DNA from: Eledone cirrhosa
Taxonomy: Eukaryota
DNA: 64,000 nt
NCBI GenBank assembly: GCA_964016885.1
Contig: OZ024742.1
Coordinates: 196,416,001-196,480,000, forward strand
Reading direction: 5' to 3'
The notes under the pieces: generated by a model
What the model was told of the DNA's origin: nothing
Seen by the model: the letters and a program-made list of their open reading frames with translations, nothing else
The model's database searches: none
Shown here: one piece after another, positions 25,013 through 38,330 of the stretch
Layout of the letters: each line of letters opens with the position of its first letter
How positions within the stretch are numbered: the first letter of the stretch is position 1
Position numbers and translations under genes: made by a program

Positions 25013-25583
25013 TAACCCTTCTGATACTAAATCAACCAGAACAGTGATCAAAGCAATTTGTTTTAAAGTGTATATATATATAAATACATTTATCACAAGA
25101 AAAAGGACCCAGTACACACATTAGGAAGGGCATCCAGCCTTAGAAACCAAGCCAGAAACGGTCCAGTGTGAGCAAGACATGGTCACATCTGGACAACTCA
25201 TGTAACCCAGGAAAATGGATATTAAATGATGATGATATATATATATAGACCTTCCATTGTAATTTTATGTAAGAACCTTTGTTATGTTCCAAACGTTAAC
25301 ATAATAATGAGAAAGTTATATTATCAAACTACTCCAAATTCTTAACAAATTATTTGAAAACCATAGGCAGTGTCTTTCATTAGAAATATAATAAAACAGT
25401 TAATGTGTTTATATTTCTGTAAAAGCTTTCCATCATATTTTTATGTAAGAACTTTAGTTGTGTTTCGAATAATGAGAAAGTTAGTTATATTACTAAATCA
25501 TTCCAAATTATTGATTATTTGCAAAATTATTTGAAAATTATAGGCACTGTTTTTCATTAGAATTATGTTAAAGTAAGGGTTAA
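25013..25583. mobile_element. Second TTAA-flanked piggyBac-like MITE family, interrupted by an RTE-tail element
   Basis: TTAA-cccttctgatac ... gtaaggg-TTAA. Related pieces at ~2398-2550, 16160-16270 and 38557-38650. Confidence 0.55.
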
Positions 25584-26724
25584 GTTGGTGATGTACTGAA
25601 TGGAAAAGAAAAACAAAATCGGAAATAAAAAGGGGAGATAATTTCAATACTATCTCTCAAAGTTAAACCCATACAAACATGGAAAAATGGAGGTTAAATG
25701 ATGATGATAATAATGTTATGGGAGAGTCCAAATTTTGTCTCCAGATAAGGAAGAACAAATATGGACATGTTTCACCTTTTCATAGTATACAAATACTCAA
25801 GCTTGCCTGGTCAGTTGACAAAGATTTTTACATATAGTGAAACAATTTTCAAAATGAATTAAAACATGTTGAAAGGACTCTTCAGTTGTGCCAAATTCTC
25901 TCATGCTGTGGCTATGATAAAATGCACAGTGCACTCTAAGAGTGCAAGACCAGTGGTTCTGATTGAGTACTGGCCTGGTTGGTAACCCATCCAATTCTTG
26001 CTAGTAAAGAAAGCAGACATTTGATGATATATGCAATATAGTTTCTCAGAGTTCTTTTATCACACAACTGTGACATCATCAGTGATGTTCATGTTTTCTC
26101 CCATTGTATTCTTGTAATGTTTTCTTATTCTATCTTATTTATGACCCTCCCCAAATATAACAATATCTGTTTCAACACACAATTTCATAACAAAAACCTT
26201 GCAAAACAGATATATGCAATAGTTCATTAGAAACATGGTAATGAAAAAGTTAAATCTGTAGATTCAGTCATTGTTAGCAGGAAATGTTGCATTACCAACA
26301 CTTTCACCATGTTTAGCCTTTAAAACCATCAAAACAGAATTATTGTCTTCCGCTGAATTAAATGAAGGTTTATAGGCATGTAGTGCTTATTATGGTCAGG
26401 CATCCACACCCTCAGATGTTTTCCTATTTTGTCTATCAATGACCTTATTAATTAGTGTGGAATATATTGTTACAGAACTGTTCACATGCTGCATAAGGCA
26501 TTCTTTGTCCTACAAAATTGTTACAACGATTCATCTGATGCAGACATGCTATTTTTATTATTTCCTCATCCCTTTCATTACACTTTAGAAATCTCCACTT
26601 GGCTTTTCAACCTAATAAGCTTCTTACTACAACCATCACCACAGTTGGACTGACTGACTGACTACCATATATACTCATGTATAAGTCTTACCACTAGAAG
26701 ACAACTGCAGCTGACTAGGTACTG

Positions 26725-26770
<46 letters not shown>

Positions 26771-28255
26771 TATATATATATACACACACATACAGTACTT
26801 GTGTAAAACTAACTACTATTGAGTTGTTGTATAGACCCAACTCAGCTCTGGTTACATATCTATGACCAAAGCCGTTCTAATCATGACCATCCAGTTTTGT
26901 TTTCTATTTTTATGTTTCTTTTCATACATAATGTACCTGAACTTCATTACTCATGTCCTAGTTTTGTTTTGGGTTGGGTTGTCTTTTTTTTTTTTTAAAC
27001 ACAGTAGAATGTTAGGTTTGAATGGGCTTTGGTTGTTATTTTTAATAAATCAAACACCTGCATTTAATATTTCTTTACAAAAGCTGTGTGTGTGTGCTAC
27101 TGGTGAATACAAGGTTACTGATCTGTAAACAAGTGCTTAGGAATCGATTAAACAAACACATGCAATAAATACAGTTTTACACAAAGCTTTTATTCTTTAA
27201 AATTTGATGATCATCATCATCATGAAAGGAAAAGCTGACCTCAGCAGGATTTGAACTCAGAATGCAGAGAGTAAGAACCTATACCAGGCAGCATTTCATC
27301 TTACACTAACGACTATCTGTTTCTGTTTAAAACTTTGTTTTAGTTTTGATAAGACATCAATATATATTTATAGAATGAGGTGGCAAGAAAACTCTTCTAG
27401 GTCAGTTTCTGTTTTAAACTTTGTTCTAGCTTTGATAAGAGATCAATATATGCACACATTTAAAAATATGTTGGTGACAGGAAGGATACCCAGCTCCAGC
27501 TGAGAAAAGCCTGTGAAACAAAGAGTCGGGTTGATGATAGGAAGGGCAACCAGCCATAGAAAACTTTCCAAACAAAAGGTTGGGAGCTCCCTCAGTTGTG
27601 TCCAAGACATGACAACTTCCCCTGTGCACTCAGTAGACCATGAGACTGTACATAAAAGACACAGATCCCTGGCTTGTCTGGGAGATTAGTAGCCACCGCT
27701 TCAGTACTGATTTGGTCTATGCAGACCAGTCCAACCCTTGCTAGCAGCGAAAGCGGACATTAAGATGATAACAAACTTCTTTTGTACATGCAACACTATA
27801 TATATATATAACATCTCTCTTCATTAGTGCAGCTCCATACAACACTTCAATGTTGACATGGTCTCTACATCCCCACCCCCCAAACCCATACCAACATTGA
27901 CAAACCTTTTGGTCCACTGAAGATATGTTAAGATAAATACATTAGTCATAGATTGTGCAACATTGAAACTATTGTACAGAATACACTAATAAAAAAGTGT
28001 ATATATATATATATATTGCACACACACACACAATTGTGTGTAAATTTAGCAAACTAGCCCTGACCTCCTTTTCCACTATGTAAAGATACACACACATACA
28101 TACACACTAAGACAAACAGAGAAGTTTGAAGTTTAAAAGAGAGAAAGATAGATGTTCCAAAGGTGCATTTCAGTATAAGCAAGCAATGACTAACAAGAGA
28201 GTCAAAAGCATGACAAAGCCTTGCTTGTCACTATATATATATATATATATATATA

Positions 28256-28362
28256 TAACGAATTAAATGAGGTAAGGAACCAGGTGGACCATTACGCACC
28301 AAAGTACTCAATACTTAGGGTAGTAGAGTGGGTAATAAGAACGAGTAGGACCCCTACTCGTT

Positions 28363-28366
<4 letters not shown>
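28256..28366 (-). mobile_element. Minimal Penelope-like end: 15-bp hairpin plus ~80-nt tail between (TA)n tracts
   Basis: Tail is the reverse complement of 54731-54810 with few mismatches; hairpin gaacgagtagg-acc-cctactcgttc. Confidence 0.7.
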
Positions 28367-28400
<34 letters not shown>

Positions 28401-28408
<8 letters not shown>

Positions 28409-28805
28409 TAAACAGAAAAGAAAATGCTGACAAATTGTTCAGTGAAAAATAGTTTAATTAGGAATAAGTGAGAATTAGTAATAGTATTGGTTAGTATTCA
28501 GTTTTAAGTTTTACCGGTTGCGCATTTCTAATGCTTTTCAAAAATAATTTTGAGATAGTGTCCGTGATGTTTGCTCTAATCGATTAGAGCAAACATCACG
28601 GACACTATCTCAAAATTATTTTTGAAAAGCATTAGAAATGCGCAACCGGTAAAACTTAAAACCAAAACTGAATACTAACCAATACTATTACTAATTCTCA
28701 CTTATTCCTAATTAAACTATTTTTCACTGTGAACAATTTGTCAGCATTTTCTTTTCCGTTTACCAATATATCATAACTTGTGTGTTACACCTCTATTCTT
28801 TTAAA
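28401..28805. mobile_element. Near-perfect ~370-bp palindrome with no spacer, plus short tail, in (TA)n
   Basis: Centre ctaatc|gattag at 28581/28582. Arms of ~180 bp differ by a few substitutions and indels. Decayed hammerhead at 28622-28651. Confidence 0.85.
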
Positions 28806-29089
28806 TATATATATATATACAAGAATGGTGGTGGCTGATGAAAGATATGCTGATTACCAGGGGAAGAGGAAAAAGAAAAAAAACAACCAACCACCACCAC
28901 AAAGTTGAAGTTGTTTAACCAAAGGTCAGCCTTGACTGAGGAGACCTATCAACAAAGACACTCCAGGCGTGACCACCTAGTATTTATTTAGTGTTATCCA
29001 ATGTAGTCATGCTATTTTCATTTTATAAGGTGTGACTTACTGACTGCTAATTCGAATGAACATGAAGTTCCCTTCTTTGTTTCACCATA

Positions 29090-29275
29090 ATGGTTTCTTC
29101 TATATGCACATGACCAGCAAGTTTGGGAGCGTGACTGATACTTTATTTTATCGACACCGTAAGGATGAAAAGCAAAGCTAACTTCGACAGGATTTTAACT
29201 CAGAATGTAAAGGGCCGTAACTCTATACCGCGAAGCAGGGTGTTCGACGCTCTATGGATTCTGTTAATTCACCGA
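29090..29275 (-). mobile_element. tRNA-derived SINE
   Basis: Same family as 10388-10601. Confidence 0.8.
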
Positions 29276-31050
29276 CCCCGGGTCAACTCCAAAAGAGCAG
29301 ACATGATCATAAACATTCCAGCCGTGGTCATCTCATCTCTTGAGTAGATAACTTAGGAATACATTATTTAGCATGTCCTTTTATAAGGTGTGTCCATTTG
29401 TGTCTAAAGTAGAAACAATTATTTCAACGTGTTTGGTCAGAGGGAGATTTGTCCTCTGTTTCTAGCACGTATAGGGGGGGGATTCTTTGTTGACTACGTC
29501 CGCATTCAACATCAACAAGTAAATATTCAAATTTTAGTTAATACACACACACACGAAAATGTGAGCGTCACAAAAGCAGAAAATAACTGTAATAATCCAT
29601 CGCTATAAACAATAGCTGAGAGAATCGTGTAGGTGACTATCCACTTTTAGCCGCCTCTATGGATATTTCATCCAATTCTCTCAGTGATCAACTGTTATTG
29701 CAGTCATTTTGGAATTATCACATTTCTTATTTCAATAATTCTTAAGTTAAATCTCTCTCATATATATATTCACACACGCACGCTTATGTATATATGTGTG
29801 TGTGTGTGTTTACATAATAAATTATCAAGATTAACAATTTGCAGAAAATAATTAGGGAAGAGAGAGAGAGATGAATTACATTCTACAAGGGGCGCTGGAG
29901 TTTCCCTCTAATAATCCTTTTAGGCAAGCCAACACATCCGCAGTATTGCTGTGGGCGATAGCGAAGCTAAGACTGGATTAACCAAGCAGGAGCATCACCT
30001 GGATACGCCTGTAAGACGAGTCGCTAACAATGACAAGAACCTCGTTGTCAGTGACCCCCACCACCACCAAACGTCTCGAGTGCCACAAGCTGAAAAAAAA
30101 AATAGTTCACCGATAATTCCTGGTATTTTAGAATTTTATTTCGGTTATGGATGCAGGGACCTTCACCGCAACATCCAAGATGTGGAAAGGAGAAAAATAG
30201 TAGCCAATTGGGCCGTCATAAATGAGATATTTACCTCTTACACATTGGCAAAGGGCAAGACCATCTGGCCTCTTAACATCAACCCTGGGCAATCCAGCTG
30301 GCTCCAAAATTGAGGGAATATTGACTCAAACCAGAGTCTGCTTGATAATTAGGCTTAGCTCGGTATGTTGAGCGAAGTGATCTGCATTCAGAGGGCAAAA
30401 CAATCCAAGACCCGTGGAGTCGAGGGGACGACCACAACATTTAAATATTTCCAGACATTGGGCCCGACTGAGTAGGTCATCGATGTTGGTTACAGGCAAA
30501 GCATTAAACCCAATTCCCCAAGTATTTGATACTGTAATTAGTAACTGGTCAAGGAACGCATAACTCCAACAGACAGGTAGACATACGAAGTGGGGATGGA
30601 GAACATGATCTTTTAACATACACACACACCAGCCTCAATCCTAGGTACTTTATCGAAAGAACGAAAAGGATTTGCCTCTACTCGATCACAATAAATAGCA
30701 ACCAAACAAAATTTCCATCAAACTGCAACCCGATGACTTTACAAAAAAAAAAAAACGAAAGGACACTAGTTAAGTCCAAGGTATATATAATGACTGGAAA
30801 TAAGACTGGATGGTCATGGCTAGAAAGCTTTTTCCCATCACACGTCTGTTCGAGCACGACTAATCTTGGATTTATTCAACAGCACCAATACACTTTATTT
30901 TATCGAAGCTGGATTGGATTAGACAAAAGTGGCAAGAACATCGGGTGAATGTTGCATTTTAGTTATTATCTTTCATATTTTGGGTTCAAATCACGCCGAG
31001 ATCAACTTTAAAATAAAACTAGTAAATTAGAGCGGAGAGATTTAATAATA

Positions 31051-31417
31051 ATGTTTCTACTTTAGGCACAAGGCCAGCAATTACCCAGTGCATTACTGGT
31101 ACTTTATTTTATCGACCCCGTAAGGATGAAAGGCAAAGTCAACCTCGGCGGGATTTGAACTCAGATCGTAAAGGGACGTAACTATGCTGGAAAGCATGGC
31201 GTCCGACCCTCTACCGATACTGCCAAATGGTTTCTTATATAGGCATAAGGCCAGCAATTTTAGGGGAGGGGAAAGTCGATTAAATCGACCCCAGTACTTA
31301 CTGGTACTTTATTTTACCGACCCCGTAAGGATAAAAGGCAAAGTTAACATCAGCTGGATTTGAAATCAGACCGTAAAGGGGTGTAGCTCTATGCTACAAA
31401 GCATGGCGCCCGACCCT
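31051..31417 (-). mobile_element. Two tandem tRNA-derived SINEs
   Basis: Two copies of ggcacaaggccagcaatt...gggatttgaactcaga...aagcatggcgtccgacc. Confidence 0.9.
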
Positions 31418-32818
31418 GAGAGATGACCAGAAAATACGAATTCTCATACGAAATGGACACTCTCTCTTTCTCTAGAGAGAGAGAGAGAGAGAGAAATTGG
31501 TATTAAACACATTGGTGTATGTATATATATATATATATACACACACACCCATATATACACATATGTGCATATGATATGGACAAATGCGTCTGTCGGTGAA
31601 TGAGCAGCATTCTTTTACACACCAGTATACATACACACAACGGACAAATATACATACCGACATACCGACACACACACACATACACACATATATATGTATA
31701 TTAGACGGGTGTGTTTCTACACACATACAGATGGTGAATATAAAAAAAACTAGTTACTTGATAGTGGCTACTAATATTGTTACTAGCCATTCCTATATTT
31801 CACAGAGACCTATGTATATATATATATATGTGTGTGTAATTGCATACACGCGAGGGAGAAAGAGTATTGTAGCACTTGTAATCACTAAACAAACGGAAGT
31901 GGATTAATATACACACTTATATACAATACACACATGCACATGTATGTGTCTTTAATATACACACAGACATACGTGTGTGTCTTAATTATACACACATACA
32001 CATGTATAGACGTATTTAATACACACACGCATGAGTGTGTTTAAGAGATACACATATATAGAGAGGTGGAGGGGGACAGAACATGAACAAAACCAGGAAA
32101 CTGTTTCACTTGACAGCGTGTATACATATACATGCATACGTATGTATATTTATAGATGTTTGTATTCAATACTTTCATACATACATACATACTTTAATTC
32201 AAATCAAAGCGTAACAATGTCAAACTTATTTTAAATTTGAAAACTTACAACAAAGCTAGTAAATATTTTTACTGCCAGTGCGTGTGTATTATATATATAT
32301 AATGTTCGTAGTGTGACAGGAAAATTACTAATATATTATTCCAGGATTGAAAACAGGAAGAGAGTTAGAAAGAGTGAGTTGGGAATAATGGTCCAACGCC
32401 TACTATTAGTGTGTGTGTATACACACACACACTAACAGTATGTATGTATGTATATATAATATATATATATATACACACACACTGATAGTATATACATATA
32501 TAGGTAAACCATCGAAAACACATGGTGTACATAAGATAGTTTTTTTTTATGTGAATGCATGTTGATGGGGAGATGTGATAGACTGAAAGGAGTAACTGAT
32601 GGGTAGATAAGTGAAAGATAAAAATTATAGTGGACGGACGAATATATATATATATATCCATTAATTTTCTACTCAAGGTAGGCTTATAACCGTATTAGAA
32701 CTCGATGTAGTGTTGATATGAATATCCCATCGAAGCAAAGCGAAATTTGTTTTTGTGGGAAAATATTACCTTATTACATGTTAAGTATTATAAAACTTGT
32801 CTTATTCGTTTCATTCCT

Positions 32819-32861
<43 letters not shown>

Positions 32862-33958
32862 TCATTCCTCAACATATATATATATATATAGCCAGATGAA
32901 ACGATCAAACTAGACGAAACTTCGAAGTCACTGCCACTTTTCAACTCAGAAATTAAAGTATACACTCCGCATACAGGTATTGAGTGGTCATTCAGTCAAC
33001 GTTTGAATGTTTAAAGTAGAATTCTATTTTAAACATCCATTCCAGTATATATATATATATAATTCTAATCGAGCAAGATTAATATAGATAGGTAGTAAGA
33101 AATTCGAGAGAGCTGGCATATTAGATTGACAATTAGAGAAATAAAGCGATATGTGTGTGGCTTGAGAAAGGCAGGCAAGAATGATGAATGTATATATAAT
33201 TAGAAAAAGATCTACAAGTATAGATAGATAGACAAAATTATAGAGAGCTAGTTATATCAGGCGGGTATACATATATATAGAGATATATAGATATATATGA
33301 CCACTGTAGATTGGTACCGAAGTAGAAAGATGTATGAATGGAAGAACACAGATGTGTATGTAAGAATGTATATTTCACATATGTGTGTCTGGATTTAGAA
33401 GATAAAAGAGGAGATTGGTACTCAATACATGTGTGATGGACACACGCGGAGTCATTTTACTTCACACCCAACCAAATATAGATATAAACACATCAGAATA
33501 GACAGACAAGCTAAAATCAACAAATAGATGATATATAATATAATACGATATACAACATAATTAGGGAGTTGTTTGTGTGTATTTATAGTGAATAATTTAT
33601 GAGGAATCATTGGTGTTTGTATATAACAGTAAATAATTAAGTCATTAATGAGAACCGTGCCAAAGATATTCCTTACTTCGCCCTGTATATATGTGTGTAT
33701 ATATATATATATATATACATACATGTATGTTGGTTGCAGTATCTATACACATATATATGTGTATGTATATATATATATATATATATATGTGTATGTATAT
33801 ATATATATATACATGTGTACGTATACACATACATGTATGTTGGTTGCCGTATGTATACATATATGTGTGTGCGTGTGTATATATATATATAGAGAGAGTC
33901 TGTGAGAATGTTAATTGATGTATGTATGTATATTAAGAGCAGAAATATTTCCACTCAC

Positions 33959-34010
33959 CTTCCCGTGCCTTAATATAGACGGTATTGGCAACAATATTTT
34001 CCAGTTCCAT
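33959..34010 (-). CDS. GRK5: First coding exon of a G protein-coupled receptor kinase, GRK4/5/6 subfamily (invertebrate Gprk2/grk-1 type)
   Basis: Minus strand reads ATG GAA CTG GAA AAT ATT GTT GCC AAT ACC GTC TAT ATT AAG GCA CGG GAA G|GTGAGT = MELENIVANTVYIKARE-G, followed by a consensus donor. This matches the GRK4/5/6 N-terminal helix (MELENIVANTVLLKAREG) and the 17-codon+1 phase-1 first intron I recall for GRK5. Exact paralog assignment is uncertain. No exon 2 was found in the window. Confidence 0.9.
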
Positions 34011-34360
34011 TGAGTACAGCAACAGACCAGCGGAGGTCCTTAACGGCCTCCGGATTACTCCACACTACACCACTACTAATGGCCCTAGACACACTATTAC
34101 TACTACTACTACTGATGGAGGATTTTCGGTGCTTTTACTTACTACTTATTGGTAGTAGTGGCGCGGCGGCGGCGCTTGCTGCGGCTGCAACAACTACGGT
34201 TAGTAGTAGTAGTAATAGTTGTAGTAGTAGTGGTGGTAGTATATTAGTAGTAGTGGTGGTAGTATATTAGTAGTAGTAGATGCTATTATTTTTTTTTACT
34301 CAAGATGAGATGAGAAGCTGACACTCGCTCTCCCTCCCACTCACTCAAGACAATTGGTGA
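34011..34360 (-). promoter_or_regulatory. Probable 5' UTR and core promoter of the GRK gene
   Basis: About 300 nt upstream of the ATG with no upstream ATG on the minus strand. Contains a CpG-rich patch (gcgcggcggcggcgc, ~34160-34185) and a CCAAT on the minus strand near 34353-34357. The TSS position is inferred. Confidence 0.5.
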
Positions 34361-35444
34361 GAGGGGGGAAAAGGTAGAGAGAGGGGGAAGAGAGCGATAG
34401 AGAGACGAGGAGGGATAAAGATAGATATACTATATACACAAATATATATTTATATAGAGAGACAGAAAGAGGGAGGTGGTCTTGGGTAAAAGATAGAGAG
34501 AGAGGGAAGATGATAAGAAAGAAACAGAGACATATTTTTATAGAGAGATAGATAGATAGTAAATATACTGTATACAGCGAGAGAATGTGTATGAATAGAC
34601 ACTAATGTACTAACAATACTTGTCGTGGACCAAATAAAATGGCTACACTCATACACATACATACACGTATAAACACATACATCATTACAGTAACTAGTAG
34701 TAGTATGTGTGTATGGTACTATTACTACTACTATTAGTAATATGGTTCATACTTGTTTATACCTCAGTATGTCTGTTAAAGACGGAGCTTATACATCTCT
34801 TTCTTCATCTCTTACACACCTCTTACACACACTCGATCTCTTTCTATCTATCACGCTTTTTTCATATCTCTCCCTCTCTCTCTCACACACACACTTTCTT
34901 CATCTCTTCCATCTTCTCTCTTTCTATGTTTCTATCTGTCACACTTTCTTCGTCTCTTTATCTCTCTCTCACACACACACACGCACTGTCTTATCTTTTG
35001 CCCTCTCTCACACACACTCTCTCTCTCATACACATACTTTCTTCATCTCTTCCGCTACTCTCTCTCATACACATACACACACACACACGCACACTCTCTC
35101 TCACACTGTCTTTATATTTTCTGCCTTCTCTCTCTCTCACTCCCTCTCTCTTACTCATACACACACTTTCTTCCTCTCTTCCGCTTCTCTCTCTCACACA
35201 CCCACATACATTCTCTCTCACCTTCTCTGTCTTTCTCCTTATTTCACTCTCACTAATGTGTCAATACATTGACCAAAGTAGTGAGGTGGGCAAGCTAATA
35301 TATTGACCAATCAACTGGGGTGTCTCCCCCCTCTCTCTCTCTCCTTCTCTCTCTCTCTCCATCTTCTTGTTTTGTTTTCCTCACTCAGTTGTTCACTCTC
35401 TCTTTCTCTATCTTACTCTCCTACATTCTATTACATGCTCCTCA

Positions 35445-37995
35445 CCACTGGCACCACCACACCCCGTACATTGGTCACTGTATCTCACACCGACACGCCT
35501 CGTCCACCGATTACAAGCTCCACACCCCAGTACACTGGTCAATGTAATGAAACCCCGCCAAGCCACGCCCCACTCTTACAGGCCCCACACCCCAGTACAC
35601 TGGTCAATGTAATGACACCCCCACCACCTTATAGGCACCACATCCCAGTACATTGGTCAATGTAGAGACACCCCCACACCCCTTACAGGCCCCACACCCC
35701 AGTACACTGGTCAATGTAATGACACCCCCACCACCTTATAGGCACCACACCCCAGTACATTGGTCAATGTAGAGACACCCCCACACCCCTTACAGGCACC
35801 ACACCCCAGTACACTGGTCAATGTAATGACACCCCCACCACCTTATAGGCACCACACCCCAGTACATTGGTCAATGTAGAGACACCCCCACACCCCTTAC
35901 AGGCACCACACCCCAGTACACTGGTCAATGTAATGACACCCCCACCACCCTAACAGGCACCACACCTCAGTACACAGGTCAATGTAATGACACCCCCACC
36001 ACCCTAACAGGCTACCACACCCCAGTACATTGGTCAATGTAATGGCACCCCCCACCACCCTAACAGGCACCACACCTCAGTACACAGGTCAATGTAATGA
36101 CACCCCCACCACCCTAACAGGCTACCACACCCCAGTACACTGGTCAATGTAATGACACCCCCACCACCCTAACAGGCACCACACCCCAGTACACTGGTCA
36201 ATGTAATGGCACCCCCACCACCCTAACAGGCACCACACCCCAGTACACTGGTCAATGTAATGACACCCCCACCACCCTAACAGGCACCACACCCCAGTAC
36301 ACTGGTCAATGTAATGGCACCCCCACCACCCTAACAGGCACCACACCCCAGTACACTGGTCAATGTAATGAAACCCCGCCAAGCCACGCCCCACTCTTAC
36401 AGGCCCCACACCCCAGTACATTGGTCAATCTAACGACACCCCGCCCCACCCGCTTTACAGGCACCACACTCCCAGTACATTGGTCAATGTAACGACACCC
36501 CACACCAACTATACAAGCCGCACCCCACCTTCACAGGCACCACACTTCTGGCCAATGTAAAGAAACCCCCACCACCTTATAGGCACCACACCCCAGTACA
36601 TTGGTCAATGTAGAGACACCCCCACACCCCTTACAGGCACCACACCCCAGTACACTGGTCAATGTAATGACACCCCCACCACCCTAACAGGCTACCACAC
36701 CCCAGTACATTGGTCAATGTAATGGCACCCCCCACCACCCTAACAGGCACCACACCTCAGTACACAGGTCAATGTAATGACACCCCCACCACCCTAACAG
36801 GCTACCACACCCCAGTACACTGGTCAATGTAATGACACCCCCACCACCCTAACAGGCACCACACCCCAGTACACTGGTCAATGTAATGGCACCCCCACCA
36901 CCCTAACAGGCACCACACCCCAGTACACTGGTCAATGTAATGACACCCCCACCACCCTAACAGGCACCACACCCCAGTACACTGGTCAATGTAATGGCAC
37001 CCCCACCACCCTAACAGGCACCACACCCCAGTACACTGGTCAATGTAATGAAACCCCGCCAAGCCACGCCCCACTCTTACAGGCCCCACACCCCAGTACA
37101 TTGGTCAATCTAACGACACCCCGCCCCACCCGCTTTACAGGCACCACACTCCCAGTACATTGGTCAATGTAACGACACCCCACACCAACTATACAAGCCG
37201 CACCCCACCTTCACAGGCACCACACTTCTGGCCAATGTAAAGAAACCCCCACCACCTTATAGGCACCACACCCCAGTACATTGGTCAATGTAGAGACACC
37301 CCCACACCCCTTACAGGCACCACACCCCAGTACACTGGTCAATGTAATGACACCCCCACCACCTTATAGGCACCACACCCCAGTACATTGGTCAATGTAG
37401 AGACACCCCCACACCCCTTACAGGCACCACACCCCAGTACACTGGTCAATGTAGAGACACCCCCACACCTCTTACAGGCACCACACCCCAGTACATTGGT
37501 CAATGTAATGTCACCCCCACCACCTTATAGGCACCACACCCCAGTACATTGGTCAATGTAGAGACACCCCCACACCTCTTACAGGCACCACACCCCAGTA
37601 CATTGGTCAATGTAATGGCACCCCCACCACCCTAACAGGCACCACACCTCAGTACACAGGTCAATGTAATGACACCCCCACCACCCTAACAGGCTACCAC
37701 ACCCCAGTACACTGGTCAATGTAATGACACCCCCACCACCCTAACAGGCACCACACCCCAGTACACTGGTCAATATAATGACACCCCCACCACCCTAACA
37801 GGCACCACACCCCAGTACACTGGTCAATGTAATGGCACCCCCACCACACTAACAGGCACCACACCCCAGTACACTGGTCAATGAAATGATACCACAACCT
37901 CACTGATACAGCGCCACACCCCAGTACACTGGTCAATTCAATGACACCCCACCCTACCCTAATAGACACCACACCCCCGTACGTTGGTCAATGTA
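35445..37995. repeat. 54-bp minisatellite (~45 units) with a 680-bp higher-order duplication
   Basis: Unit caccacaccccagtacactggtcaatgtaatgacacccccaccaccctaacagg; identical ORFs at 36122 and 36802 show the 680-bp period. Confidence 0.95.
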
Positions 37996-38029
37996 TTTAT
38001 TGGCTGTGACTTTGACCACCTACAAAGCA

Positions 38030-38330
38030 CAAGATGACAACGACATGTGGTCAGTACTGGGGAGTGAACACAGAGGTGACCAAGACATGTGGTCAGTGGT
38101 GGGGTGCTAAACACAGAGGTGACCAAGACATGTGGTCAGTACTGGGGTGGTAAACTTAGAAGTGACAAAGACATGTGATCAGTGCTGGGAGGGGGGGGGG
38201 GGGTAAACACAGAAGTGACCAGGACATGTAGTTAGTGCTGGGGGGGGGGAGTAAACACAGAAGCGACCAGGATATGTGGTCAGTGCTGGGATGGTAAACA
38301 CAGAAGTGACCAGGACATGTGGTCAAGAAT
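38030..38330. repeat. ~43-bp degenerate tandem repeat
   Basis: gtgaccaagacatgtggtcagtactggggtggtaaacacaga, about 6-7 copies. Confidence 0.85.

Noticed and set aside
29883-29898. CTCF-like motif ctacaaggggcgctg (similar at ~23868)
   Set aside because: Imperfect core match; expected by chance in 64 kb without supporting data.
34010-34270. Plus-strand 86-aa ORF head-to-head with GRK
   Set aside because: TTG start and microsatellite-derived; it is the antisense of the putative 5' UTR.
35445-37995. CRISPR-like repeat/spacer appearance and Cys/Trp-rich ORFs
   Set aside because: The 'spacers' are variants of one another, the context is eukaryotic and there are no cas genes. It is a minisatellite.
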